Origin: Candidatus Krumholzibacteriia bacterium
Lineage (GTDB): Bacteria; Krumholzibacteriota; Krumholzibacteriia; JAJRXK01
Length of the DNA stretch: 64,000 nucleotides
Direction of reading: 5' to 3'
Assembly: GCA_041484665.1 (NCBI GenBank)
Contig: JBGPIA010000009.1
Span: forward strand, 105,489-169,488
Part shown: in pieces, positions 46,099 to 55,980 of the stretch
How positions within the stretch are numbered: position 1 is the stretch's first letter
Layout: every line of letters starts with the position of its first letter
Translations under genes and position numbers: made by a program
Notes under the pieces: generated by a model
Told to the model about the DNA's origin: nothing
The model's input: only the letters and a program-made list of their open reading frames with translations
The model's database searches: none

Positions 46099-46887
46099 AT
46101 GGAAGACGACGACAACCTGTTCTATCTGTCCGCGGGGCCGCTGGCAGCCATTCTTCTGGGCGCGGTGCTCGTGCCGCTGCGTGGCTTCACCACCGCCTCC
46201 AACTTCACGTTTGTTTTCATGGCGCTGACCATTGCGGTCGCTGAGTTCGGCGGACGGAAGGCGGCCGTGGCCACGGCGCTCTGCTCGGCGTTGAGTCTGG
46301 ACTTCTTCCTGACCCAGCCGTACCTGAGGCTCGTGATCGCTGACAAGCACGACATCATCGCCTTCTTGGGGCTGACGGTCTGCGGCCTCGTCGCGGCCGC
46401 GTTCGGCTCGCAGCGCGGACGCAGGAACGCCGACGTGAGGGCGGCCCACGAACAGCTCGAGCTCCTCCACGCTGCCCTGGGCCAGCTGGGCGGGGCCGGT
46501 CCGGCCGAGCCCGCGCTCACCAGGGTTCTGGACGCCGCGCAGGCTGCCCTTCCACTGGCTGCCGCCATCGTGCGGGACGGCCGGGGCCGCGTCGTGGCGG
46601 CCGCCCCGCGCGGGAATGACCGGCCCATGCCCGGCCAGACGCTTCAACCCGACACCCTGCTGCCACCCGCAGCCTCCCTGCGGGACTTCCACCGCGCAGG
46701 ACTCCCTCTCCCCGACGAGGGAGGGCGCCTCGTTCTCGTTGCCGGCGGGCGCGAAGTCGGTTGGCTCGACGTGTGGGGAAGCGGAGCGCGCATGAGCCTT
46801 CGGTCGCGGCGCACGCTCTGCGACGTGGCGCGCCTGTTGGCCGCGCTGCTCGCGGGAGCGCAGCCCGGCCCACCGCCAAGCGGCTAG
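46099..46887 (+). CDS. DUF4118 (KdpD-type TM) plus GAF-like protein with no kinase domain
   Basis: Four TM helices with 'SALSLDFFLTQPYL' matching the KdpD TM 'AFDFFFVPPRL'; GAF-like C-terminus; GGAGGAG RBS. Confidence 0.75.
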   Translation: MEDDDNLFYLSAGPLAAILLGAVLVPLRGFTTASNFTFVFMALTIAVAEFGGRKAAVATALCSALSLDFFLTQPYLRLVIADKHDIIAFLGLTVCGLVAAAFGSQRGRRNADVRAAHEQLELLHAALGQLGGAGPAEPALTRVLDAAQAALPLAAAIVRDGRGRVVAAAPRGNDRPMPGQTLQPDTLLPPAASLRDFHRAGLPLPDEGGRLVLVAGGREVGWLDVWGSGARMSLRSRRTLCDVARLLAALLAGAQPGPPPSG

Positions 46888-46898
46888 CTCGCCTTTGC

Positions 46899-46943
46899 GC
46901 AACGCGGCGATCGGCGACGTGGCGATCTGCAACGCGGCTTCCG
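46899..46943 (+). repeat. 15-bp degenerate tandem repeat x3 (gcaacgcggcgatcg) upstream of kdpD
   Basis: gcaacgcggcgatcg|gcgacgtggcgatct|gcaacgcggcttccg. Confidence 0.6.
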
Positions 46944-46986
46944 CGGTGATGGATTCGGCAGTAGTGTGGGCCGGCGAGACACCAGG

Positions 46987-49671
46987 ATGAACGACGAACG
47001 CCCCGATCCCGATGCGCTGCTGCGCCGTCTGGCCGCCGAGGAACCCAGCAGTGGCCATGGCCGCCTGAAGATCTTCTTTGGCGCTTCGCCCGGCGTCGGC
47101 AAGACCTACACCATGCTCGAGGCGGCGCGCGCCAAGCGTGCCGAGGGCGTGGACGTCGTCATCGGCTGGATAGAGACGCACGGACGGGCCGAGACCGCGG
47201 CCCTGACTGAAGGCCTCGAGCGTATCGCGCCGCGGGAGATCGAGTACCGCGGCACCCGCCTGCGCGAGTTCGATCTCGACCGCTCGCTCGCCCGCAGGCC
47301 CGCCCTGCTGCTGCTCGACGAGCTGGCCCACACCAACGCTCCCGGCTCGCGCCACGCCAAGCGGTGGCGGGACGCCCTGGAGCTGCTGGAGGCCGGGATC
47401 GACGTCTACACGACGTTGAACGTGCAGCATCTGGAGAGCGTCAACGACCTCGTGAACCAAGTCACGGGTGTGACGGTGCGCGAGACCGTCCCCGATGACG
47501 TGCTGGACGACGCCGAAGAGGTGGAGTTCATCGACCTTCCAGCCGAGGAGCTGCTCAAGCGCCTCGCCGCCGGGAAGGTCTACGTGTCGGACCAGGCCAC
47601 GCAGGCCGTGCAGCGCTTCTTCCGGCGCGGCAACTTGCTCGCGCTGCGCGAGCTGGCGCTGCGCCGCACGGCCGAGCGTGTCGATGCGGATGTGCGCGAC
47701 TATCGCCGCGACCACGAGATCGAGCAGACGTGGCCGGTCGCCGAGCGCATCCTGGTGTGCGTGCGGCCCAATCGCGAGAGCGGCCGGCTGGTGCGCGCCG
47801 CGCGGCGGATGGCCGGGCGGCTGCGGGCCGAATGGATCGTCGCCTACGTCGAGAGTCCGGCGCAGCCTCCGCTGTCGCAGGCCGAACGGGAGGCGCTCGC
47901 GGCCGCCATGAAGCTGGCCGAGGAGCTCGGAGCCGAGACCGCGGTGCTCTCCGGCAACAGCGTGAGCGAGGCGCTGCTGACGTTTGCACGCCAGCGCAAC
48001 GCCAGCAAGATCGTGGTGGGCAAGCCCACCCACCCGCGCTGGCGCGACCGCCTGAAGGGATCGCTGCTGGACGAGGTGGCCCGCGCCAGCGGCGAGGTCG
48101 ACGTCTACGTCATCTCGGGCGAGCCGGCAGAAATGCCGCAGCCCGCGCGCCCGCCGATCGCGCCGCGTGCGACGCGACCGGTGCAGTATCTCTGGTCGGC
48201 GGTGGTCGTCCTCTGCTGCACGATGGTGTGCTGGGCCATGTTGGCACGGTTCGACAAGTCCAACCTGATCATGGTCTACCTGCTGGGCGTGGCGTTCGTC
48301 GCGCTGCGACACGGTCGCGCGGCCTCGGCCGTGGCCGCTCTCCTGAGCGTAGCGGCGTTCGACTTCTTCTTCGTCCCGCCGCGGCTGACCTTTGCCGTCG
48401 GCGACACGCAATACCTGCTCACCCTCTGCGTCATGCTCGTGGTGAGCCTGCTGATCAGCACGCTGGCAGTGCGCGTCCGCGCGCAGGCCGATGCGGCGCG
48501 GCAGCGGGAGCAGCGGATGCAGATCCTCTACGCGATGAGCCAGGAGCTGGCGGCCGCCCGGACCGTGGACGAGGTCGCGCGCGTCGTGTCCCGGCGTGTC
48601 TCGGACATCTTCAACGGGCCGGCGGTCGTGCTCGTGCCCGAGGACGGCGGCCAGCTCCGCGCGACGAGCGGCCCGGGCCCCGCGGGTGACTCCCGCGAGC
48701 TGGCCGTCGCGCAGTGGGCATTCGAGCACGGGCACACCGCCGGGCTCGGGACCGACACGCTGCCCGGGGCGACCGCGGTCTACGTCCCGCTGCACGGCAC
48801 GCAGTCCGTCCTGGGTGTGCTGGGGGTACGTCCAGCTGCTGCGCTGCTCCCCTTGCCGCCGGACCAGCTCGACCTGCTCAAGACGCTGACGCGACAGGCC
48901 GCCTCCGGCCTCGAGCGCGCCCGCCTGGCGGACGAGGCCGAGCACGCCCGGATCGCGGTGGAGACCGAGCGCTTGCGCAGCACCTTGCTCAGCTCCGTCT
49001 CCCACGACCTGCGCACGCCCCTGGCCGCCATCACCGGCGCCGCCAGCAGCCTGCTGCAGGATGCGTCGCTGGGAACCGAGCCGCAGCGCGAGCTCAAGGA
49101 GGCGATCTTCGAGGAGGCCCAGCGTCTGAATCGGCTCGTCACCAACCTGCTCGACATGACACGGCTCGAGTCCGGATCGCTGCAGCTCAATCGCGACTGG
49201 AACTCGCTCGAGGAGCTGGTGGGGTCGGCGCTGGCGCGCGTCGAGGCCAGCCTCAAGGACCGGCCGGTGCGGGTCTCCATCCCGGCGGATCTCCCGCTGG
49301 TTGCCGTGGATGGCGTGCTGATCGAGCAGCTGCTGGTGAACCTGCTGGACAACGCCCTCAAGTACACCGACCCAGCCTCCCCGATCTCGATCGAGGCCAG
49401 GGCCTCGCAGGACATGCTGACCGTCGAAGTGGCCGATGAGGGCCCCGGCCTGCCGAAGGGCACCGAGGAGCGGGTCTTCGAGAAATTCTACCGGGCCCCG
49501 TCGCGCGAGCGGGGCTTCGGCCTTGGTCTGCCGATCTGCCGCGCGATCGTGACGGCCCACGGCGGGAAGATCTGGGCCGAGCACCGCCTGCCACATGGTT
49601 CGGTGTTCCTGTTCACGCTTGCGCTGCGCGGGGGCGCGCCGGCCCCGCACGAGGAGGACGGTGAGCGCTAG
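46987..49671 (+). CDS. kdpD: Sensor histidine kinase KdpD
   Basis: RPDPDALL, GASPGVGKT, DELAHTN, USP domain, 4 TM, SHDLRTPL, NALKY. Confidence 0.96.
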   Translation: MNDERPDPDALLRRLAAEEPSSGHGRLKIFFGASPGVGKTYTMLEAARAKRAEGVDVVIGWIETHGRAETAALTEGLERIAPREIEYRGTRLREFDLDRSLARRPALLLLDELAHTNAPGSRHAKRWRDALELLEAGIDVYTTLNVQHLESVNDLVNQVTGVTVRETVPDDVLDDAEEVEFIDLPAEELLKRLAAGKVYVSDQATQAVQRFFRRGNLLALRELALRRTAERVDADVRDYRRDHEIEQTWPVAERILVCVRPNRESGRLVRAARRMAGRLRAEWIVAYVESPAQPPLSQAEREALAAAMKLAEELGAETAVLSGNSVSEALLTFARQRNASKIVVGKPTHPRWRDRLKGSLLDEVARASGEVDVYVISGEPAEMPQPARPPIAPRATRPVQYLWSAVVVLCCTMVCWAMLARFDKSNLIMVYLLGVAFVALRHGRAASAVAALLSVAAFDFFFVPPRLTFAVGDTQYLLTLCVMLVVSLLISTLAVRVRAQADAARQREQRMQILYAMSQELAAARTVDEVARVVSRRVSDIFNGPAVVLVPEDGGQLRATSGPGPAGDSRELAVAQWAFEHGHTAGLGTDTLPGATAVYVPLHGTQSVLGVLGVRPAAALLPLPPDQLDLLKTLTRQAASGLERARLADEAEHARIAVETERLRSTLLSSVSHDLRTPLAAITGAASSLLQDASLGTEPQRELKEAIFEEAQRLNRLVTNLLDMTRLESGSLQLNRDWNSLEELVGSALARVEASLKDRPVRVSIPADLPLVAVDGVLIEQLLVNLLDNALKYTDPASPISIEARASQDMLTVEVADEGPGLPKGTEERVFEKFYRAPSRERGFGLGLPICRAIVTAHGGKIWAEHRLPHGSVFLFTLALRGGAPAPHEEDGER

Positions 49672-50392
49672 CGAATCCGAGAGGGAGGGCCGCGGCGAGG
49701 GCGTCGCGCCGGTCATCCTGGTGGTCGAGGACGAGCCGCAGGTCATGCGCTTCCTGCGCGCCACACTCACTGCGCACGGTTACCGGCTCGTGGAGGCCAA
49801 GACCGGTCAGCAGGCGCTGATCGACGCGGCCACCCGCGCGCCGGAGCTCGTGCTGCTGGATCTCGGCCTGCCGGACATCGACGGGGTCGAGGTGACGCGG
49901 CGCCTGCGCGAGTGGTCGGCGATGCCGGTCATCGTGATCTCCGCCCGCGGGCAGGAGAGCGACAAGATCCAGGCGCTCGACGCGGGGGCGGACGACTACC
50001 TCACCAAGCCGTTCGGCGTCGGCGAGCTGCTCGCACGCATCCGCGTGGCGCTGCGCAACGCGGCGCGGGTCAAGGCCGGCGCGGGCGAGGCCACCTTCGA
50101 GGTCGGCGACCTGCGCGTGGATCTATCCGCCCGGCGCGTCTTCCTAGGCGAGCAGGAGGTCCACCTGACCCGGACCGAGTACAACCTGCTCGCGACGCTC
50201 GCCAAGCACGCGGGCAAGGTGATGACGCACAGCCAGCTCCTGCGCGAGGTCTGGGGGCCCGGCTCCACCAGCCATTCCCACTACCTGCGCGTCTACATGG
50301 GCCAGCTGCGGCATAAACTCGAGTCCGATCCGGCGCGGCCGCGCTACCTCCTGACCGAGACCGGGGTCGGCTATCGCTTGGGAGCTGACTGA
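49661..50392 (+). CDS. kdpE: Response regulator KdpE
   Basis: VEDE, DLGLPD.DG, GADDYLTKPF, HYLRVYM.QLR.KLE, TETGVGY. Confidence 0.95.
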   Translation: MSASESEREGRGEGVAPVILVVEDEPQVMRFLRATLTAHGYRLVEAKTGQQALIDAATRAPELVLLDLGLPDIDGVEVTRRLREWSAMPVIVISARGQESDKIQALDAGADDYLTKPFGVGELLARIRVALRNAARVKAGAGEATFEVGDLRVDLSARRVFLGEQEVHLTRTEYNLLATLAKHAGKVMTHSQLLREVWGPGSTSHSHYLRVYMGQLRHKLESDPARPRYLLTETGVGYRLGAD

Positions 50393-50442
50393 ACATCGCC
50401 CGGTCGGTTGTCTCGACCTCCCGCCTCGGATCAGCTGCGGCA

Positions 50443-51816
50443 TCACAGCTTGACGAGCATGGCCACGCAGAGACGGTTCTCCTGCTTGACGAGATCGGGC
50501 GCCCAGCCTGCGACCGTCGAACCGGGCGCGCCCTGGTTCCCGTTCGGCGGTGTGACGCCGCCGGCCCCGGCGAAATACGGCACATTCGCAGCCCGGTGAT
50601 TGAACTCGAGCCGGAAGGTGATGAACTGCTGCGGCATGTAGTCAGCCGTCACCTGCATGTCCCACGCCTTGAACGGATCGCCGGGCTTCCCCGTGAAGTA
50701 CTCCGTTCCCGAGAGCGCGGTCGCGCCGTTGATCGGCGGCACGAGCACCAGGTAGCGCCCGGGGTTGTTGATCGCACCCCCGCCGAAGGAGAGGCCGAAG
50801 CGATTGCGATCGAACCAGAACCGGTTGTAGGCCATGAAGCCGAGGAAGTACTGTGACGAACGCGTCACGCCGCCGCCCCATTCGCAGCCGGCATCCAGGG
50901 TGACGCTGGCCGCAGCCTGGCTGAGCGCCGCCTCGGGATGGTCGTAGTACTTGATCATGAAGCTGTCATCGGTGTGGAGCCGATGGCGGTCGCCATTGCC
51001 GAACGTGTCCGTTCCATAGTACTGATTCCCGAGCAGAGAGAGTCGGCCGGTCGGGCGCCACAGGATCTGCCCGCCACTGCCGAGCGCCTGATTGAAACGG
51101 CCGTACGACTGCCAGCCGTTCACGAGCCAGGGCTCGATCTTCAGCTTGTCGCTCGGAAAGATCTGCGCGCGCATCCCGTTGAAGAACCACGGTGTATTCG
51201 ACGACACGTAGGAGGGTTGATACGTCCAGTTGTCGAAGTTGTAGTAACTCCAGAGACCGATGTACGACATGAAGATGCCGGCCTGGATGTTGATCCCATT
51301 CCACTTGTCGATGTGATATCCGCCGTAGGCCTCGGACAGGTAGCGATACGCGCCGTCGAGATTCCACTGGCCCCGGCCGGTGCTTGCGTCGTTGCGCGGA
51401 GTGGTCTGGGAGTACATGCCGAACTGGGTCATGATCCGGCCCGTCACGTTCTTGTACGACAGGTCGCCGCCGATTCCGAGCTGCGTGACCTGGAACTCGC
51501 CATGCCGGAACACCTCGCTCGACCCGGAAATCGTATTGTCCTGGGGCTGGTTGAAGCTGTAGTGGTAGGCGGTATCGAGCCTGAACTCGCCGACGAACGC
51601 CCCGCAAGTAAGCGGCCGCTCGCTCGACCCGGCGTTGCCGGGCACCCACGAGAAATCGGCGAACGCGAACGGCGCGGCCGGCATGGCGTTCGGTGTTGCA
51701 GCGGTCGAGCCTGTCTCGCGGCGAGCTGCGGGCACGGCCGAAGCGTCCTGCGCTCTCGCGCTGGGGGGCGGACAGGACACCGCGACCAAGAGTGCGAGCG
51801 CGTGCAGAGTGCGCAT
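50443..51816 (-). CDS. Outer-membrane beta-barrel / porin (BBP2/DUF1597-like)
   Basis: Signal peptide, aromatic-rich amphipathic strands (AGIFMSYIG, PWFFNG), hydrophobic C-terminal strand; GGAGG RBS. Confidence 0.75.
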   Translation of the reverse strand: MRTLHALALLVAVSCPPPSARAQDASAVPAARRETGSTAATPNAMPAAPFAFADFSWVPGNAGSSERPLTCGAFVGEFRLDTAYHYSFNQPQDNTISGSSEVFRHGEFQVTQLGIGGDLSYKNVTGRIMTQFGMYSQTTPRNDASTGRGQWNLDGAYRYLSEAYGGYHIDKWNGINIQAGIFMSYIGLWSYYNFDNWTYQPSYVSSNTPWFFNGMRAQIFPSDKLKIEPWLVNGWQSYGRFNQALGSGGQILWRPTGRLSLLGNQYYGTDTFGNGDRHRLHTDDSFMIKYYDHPEAALSQAAASVTLDAGCEWGGGVTRSSQYFLGFMAYNRFWFDRNRFGLSFGGGAINNPGRYLVLVPPINGATALSGTEYFTGKPGDPFKAWDMQVTADYMPQQFITFRLEFNHRAANVPYFAGAGGVTPPNGNQGAPGSTVAGWAPDLVKQENRLCVAMLVKL

Positions 51817-52370
51817 CTGGTAACCTCCCAAATCCTAGCCTTCTTGCAGGGTTCGTTTCGTAGGGTGACGAGCGGTCCGCCAGCTCGTCCTGGTGCAGAT
51901 CGAGGCGCCGTCGGAGAGTTAGTCCCTTCGCTTCACTGTGCTGTTCCACGACCCGGTGCACCGGCCGGGGGAACGCACGTTCGAGGGATCGCAGCTCGTC
52001 GAGCACGAGCTTGCGCTTGCGGACGCGCTTTCGAGGCTCGGCCGGGACCCTAACTGGCGCATCTCGATCGAACGGGTGAACTGCGTCCGTGTGCTCGGGT
52101 GCGGCGATCTGCGCGATCGCGCCACAAGCCTGCTGGGATCGCGGTCAGCAGTCCGTTCTCGCGTAGCCTTGAGTGGCAAGATAAGGCGCAAGGGCTCAGG
52201 GCGGCGTCAAGATCGCGCGGACCTCCGTCAAGAACGCATGTGACGTCCGTCCTGGGTCTCACGCTGTGGGTGAGGCCGATTGCTGACGGAAAGCGCGCGT
52301 GCGATTGGCGTCGGTTGGCGCCCGGCAATGGCGCTGGTTCGAACGCCGCCCGCCCGCCTGCCCCGCGCGC

Positions 52371-54281
52371 TCAGCGCGGTGGGGCCGGCGTCACCGCCAA
52401 GGCGAGCCCCCGGTCGCGCCCGTCGGCCGCCCCAATCAGCGTCCCGTCCGCCATGCGCTCGGCGGCGTGTACGCGCCCGACGAAATCGCGCGTGCGCAGC
52501 TCGTAGCCCATCCGCGCCAGGTCGGCGCGCAGGCCTGGCCACGCGCGCCCTTCCTCCTCGAACACCGCGTCGGGCAGCCACTGGTGATGGATGCGGGGCG
52601 CCGAGACCGCCGCGCCGAGATCCATCCCGTCCTGCACCCGGTAGAGAATCACCTGCACCACCGCGCTGGGGATGCGCGGCCCGCCGGACGCTCCCAGCGC
52701 CAGCCACACCTCCCCGTCGCGCAGGACCAGCGACGGGCTCATGCTGCTCAGCATGCGCGCGCCGGGCGCCGGCGCGTTGCGCCCCGAGCCGACCAGGCCA
52801 TAGAGATTGGGCCGGCCGGGCCGCGTGTCGAAGTCGTCCATCTCATCGTTGAGCAGGATCCCGGTGCGCCCCGCGATCCAGCCCGACCCGAAGGTGTCGT
52901 TCAGCGTCGTCGAGAGCGAGACGGCGTTGCCGACGGCGTCGATCACCACCAGGTGCGTGGTATCGGGATGCTCGCGCGGGACGGGCGCTCGCGGTGGGGG
53001 ACGCGGGATGGCGCGGTGACCGCGCGCGGCGCGCGGGTCTCCCGCGCCGACTGCTGCCGAGCGTCCGGCCCGCCCCGCCGGCGGGAGCAACCGTGCGCGC
53101 TCGCGCAAGTAGGCGGGGGCGAGCAGCTCTGCGACCTGCACTTGCATGCGGAGCGAGTCGGCCAGGTGCCCGTTGCGGTCGGCGAATGCCAGGCGCAGCG
53201 CCTCGATCAGCGCAGCGGCGCGGGCCGGATCGCCCGGTGGCCCCCCCGCGGCGGGCTGCGCGCGCAGCAGCGCCAACGTCTGCCCCAGCACCACCGCCGC
53301 CGAGCTGGGCGGCGGCATGGTCACCAGCTCCAGGTGTCCGGGCGCGTCTCCCGGGGTCCGCCCCGGCGCGCGGCGCCGCGCCTGCCAAGGCGGCAGCCAA
53401 AGCGTCGGGCTCGGCGGCCGCTCGGGCAACTGCAGCGGCAGGCGCACCGGCTGGATCCGTCGCGGCGCGTAGCGGCGCAAGTCGTCCATCTGCCAGAGGC
53501 CGCCGCCCTTGCGCACCGCTGCCACGAGCTCGCGGGCGATGTCGCCGTGGTAGAAGGGCTCCGGGCCCTCCTCCTGCAGGGTCTGGAGGCAGCGGGCCAG
53601 ATCGGGCTGCCGGAGCACGTCGCCCGCGCACGGCGGCGCGCCGCCCGGGAACAGCGCGGGCGCCAGCGCGGGCAACGCGGGTAGCTCCGCGGCACGCGCG
53701 GCGAGATCCTCGGGCAGCGCGCGTCCCACGATGAAGCCGTCGGCGGCCAGCGCGCGGGCCGGCTCGACCAGCCGCCCCCACGGCAACGCGCCGTGCCACT
53801 CCCACGCGGCGTGCAGGCCGGCCGGCGTGCCGGGAATCCCGGCGGCCAGCGGGCCCACGAGCGAGGCGTCGCGCACGCCCGCCGAATCCAGCCGCACGTA
53901 CAGAAGCGAGTCGGCCGCCGCCGGCGCGGTTTCGCGGCAGTCGATCGCCCAGGTCTCGCTAGGCTGCGCATCGAAGCCGACGAGGAACCCGCCGCCGCCG
54001 AGGTTGCCGGCCTGCGGATGGGTCACGGCCAGCGCCAGCGCGGTGGCCACCGCCGCGTCGAGGGCGTTGCCGCCGTCGCGCAGGACCTGCACGCCGACGC
54101 GGGTGGCGATGGTGTCGGCGCAGACCACGATTCCGCCGCTGCCGCGCGCAACACGTGCCGTCACGACCGGCGCCACCGCCGCGCTGGGGGCGGTCGTGGA
54201 CTGCGCCACCGCGACCGACCACGGTCCCCAGACGGTGAGCGTGCCGGTCAGGAGCGCCACTGCACGAAACGCTGATCCCAC
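52371..54281 (-). CDS. ggt: Gamma-glutamyltranspeptidase (exported)
   Basis: GGNALDAAVA, GNLGGGGF, D.RE.AP, PPPSS, DTTH (Thr nucleophile), NDEMDDF, LSSMSP, GASGG. Confidence 0.93.
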   Translation of the reverse strand: MGSAFRAVALLTGTLTVWGPWSVAVAQSTTAPSAAVAPVVTARVARGSGGIVVCADTIATRVGVQVLRDGGNALDAAVATALALAVTHPQAGNLGGGGFLVGFDAQPSETWAIDCRETAPAAADSLLYVRLDSAGVRDASLVGPLAAGIPGTPAGLHAAWEWHGALPWGRLVEPARALAADGFIVGRALPEDLAARAAELPALPALAPALFPGGAPPCAGDVLRQPDLARCLQTLQEEGPEPFYHGDIARELVAAVRKGGGLWQMDDLRRYAPRRIQPVRLPLQLPERPPSPTLWLPPWQARRRAPGRTPGDAPGHLELVTMPPPSSAAVVLGQTLALLRAQPAAGGPPGDPARAAALIEALRLAFADRNGHLADSLRMQVQVAELLAPAYLRERARLLPPAGRAGRSAAVGAGDPRAARGHRAIPRPPPRAPVPREHPDTTHLVVIDAVGNAVSLSTTLNDTFGSGWIAGRTGILLNDEMDDFDTRPGRPNLYGLVGSGRNAPAPGARMLSSMSPSLVLRDGEVWLALGASGGPRIPSAVVQVILYRVQDGMDLGAAVSAPRIHHQWLPDAVFEEEGRAWPGLRADLARMGYELRTRDFVGRVHAAERMADGTLIGAADGRDRGLALAVTPAPPR

Positions 54282-54288
54282 GACTGCG

Positions 54289-54318
54289 TTGCCGAACCTT
54301 TCCGAACGCCCCTATACT
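54289..54318 (+). promoter_or_regulatory. Sigma70-type promoter of mlaE (possibly leaderless)
   Basis: TTGCCG-N18-TATACT, 6 nt before the ATG. Confidence 0.55.
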
Positions 54319-54324
54319 GCGGCC

Positions 54325-55110
54325 ATGTACGTTGTCGCCCGCATCGGCAGTGAGGTGATCCGGCTGGTGACGGACGCGGGACGCGGCGGGCTGCTCTTCG
54401 CCCGCATCCTCGGGTCCCTCTCGGCGATCCGCCGCAGCGTCCGCCTCATCATCCAGCAGATGTTCGTGATCGGCAACGGGTCGGTGCCGCTCGTGCTGGT
54501 GACCTCGATCTTCACGGGCGCGGTCGCGGCCGTCCAGGCGGCGTACCAGTTCCGTGGCTACGTGCCCATGCGCTTCCTGGGGACGGTGGTTGCCAAGAGC
54601 GTGGTGATCGAGCTGGGGCCCGTGCTCACGGCCCTGGTCGTGGGCGCCCGCGTCGGCGCCAGCATCGCCGCCGAGCTGGGGACGATGCGCGTCACCGAGC
54701 AGATCGACGCCCTCGAGATGCTCGCCATCGACCCGGTGCGCTATCTGGCCATGCCCCGCTTCATCGCCGCCTCCATCATGCTGCCGGTGCTCACTGTGTT
54801 CGCCGACGTGGTGGCCATCATGGGTGGATACGTGGCGGCCCTGGGCACGCTCGACGTCACGAGCAAGACGTACGTCGACGGACTGCGCATGTTCTTCGAG
54901 GCCAAGGACGTCTACGGCGGGCTGATCAAGGCCTTCGTGTTCGGCGGGATCATCGCCATCAGCGGCACGATCAACGGCTTCAACACCAGCGGCGGGGCAG
55001 AAGGGGTGGGCGCGGCGGCCATGCGCGCGGTGGTGGCATCCTCGGTCATGATCCTCATCGCCGACTACGTGCTGGCCACGGTGATCTTCCAGGTGCTCTT
55101 CTCGTCGTGA
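54325..55110 (+). CDS. mlaE: MlaE-family ABC permease
   Basis: ELGPVLTAL..GAR.G..IAAELGTMRVTEQIDAL, GAEGVG. Confidence 0.93.
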   Translation: MYVVARIGSEVIRLVTDAGRGGLLFARILGSLSAIRRSVRLIIQQMFVIGNGSVPLVLVTSIFTGAVAAVQAAYQFRGYVPMRFLGTVVAKSVVIELGPVLTALVVGARVGASIAAELGTMRVTEQIDALEMLAIDPVRYLAMPRFIAASIMLPVLTVFADVVAIMGGYVAALGTLDVTSKTYVDGLRMFFEAKDVYGGLIKAFVFGGIIAISGTINGFNTSGGAEGVGAAAMRAVVASSVMILIADYVLATVIFQVLFSS

Positions 55111-55889
55111 GCGGCAACACGACCCGCAGCCGCAGCGGCGAGGGGATCGTCATCCGCGGGCTGGCGAAGAGCTTCGGCTCCAACCTCGTGCTCGACGGGA
55201 TCGACCTGCACATCGCCCGCGGGGAGGCGCGCGTCGTCCTCGGGCGCAGCGGACAGGGCAAGAGCGTGCTGCTCAAGCTCATCGTGGGGTTGCTGCGACC
55301 CGATGCCGGCTCGATCCAGGTGGACGGCGTGGAGGTCACCACGCTGGGCCGCCGCGAGCTCTTCGAGCTGCGCCGCTGCATCGGGATGGTCTTCCAGGGC
55401 GGCGCCCTGTTCGATTCGATGTCGGTCCTCGAGAACGTGGCCTTGGGCTTGCGGGAGCAAATGCGCCTGCCCAACGACGAGATCCTCGAGCGCGCCATGC
55501 AGGCGTTGGCCATGGTGGGACTCAGCGCGGTGGGGTCGAAGATGCCCGCGGAGCTCTCCGGCGGCATGAAGAAGCGCGCGAGCTTGGCACGGGCCATCGT
55601 GACACAGCCGGACTACATCCTGTATGACGAGCCGACCACTGGCCTGGACCCCATTACGTCGGACGCCATCAATCGCATGATCCAGAAGCTCGATCGCGAG
55701 CTGGGCGTGACCTCCATCGTCGTCACCCACGACATGACCAGCGCGTTCATGGTGGGCGACCGCTTCGCCCTGCTCAACCGCGGGGATATCGTGTTCGAGG
55801 GCAGCGCCGAGGAGGCCCGCAACGCCCGCGCGGGCCCCATCCGGCAATTCATCGACGGCAGCGCGGAGGGACCGCTGGAGTCGGTCTGA
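55107..55889 (+). CDS. mlaF: MlaF-family ABC ATPase
   Basis: GRSGQGKS, FQGGALFDS, LSGGMKKR, YDEPTTGLDP, VTHD. Confidence 0.93.
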   Translation: MSGNTTRSRSGEGIVIRGLAKSFGSNLVLDGIDLHIARGEARVVLGRSGQGKSVLLKLIVGLLRPDAGSIQVDGVEVTTLGRRELFELRRCIGMVFQGGALFDSMSVLENVALGLREQMRLPNDEILERAMQALAMVGLSAVGSKMPAELSGGMKKRASLARAIVTQPDYILYDEPTTGLDPITSDAINRMIQKLDRELGVTSIVVTHDMTSAFMVGDRFALLNRGDIVFEGSAEEARNARAGPIRQFIDGSAEGPLESV

Positions 55890-55953
55890 ATCGCGGCCGC
55901 CCGCGGGAATGCACCACGGCGCCAGGCCGGACCGGCCGGGCGGCGCCCAGGCC

Positions 55954-55980
55954 AGGGAGACGAGGGAGACGAGGGAGACG
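55954..55980 (+). repeat. 9-bp tandem repeat (agggagacg x3) immediately before the mlaD ATG
   Basis: Direct reading of the sequence. Confidence 0.85.
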
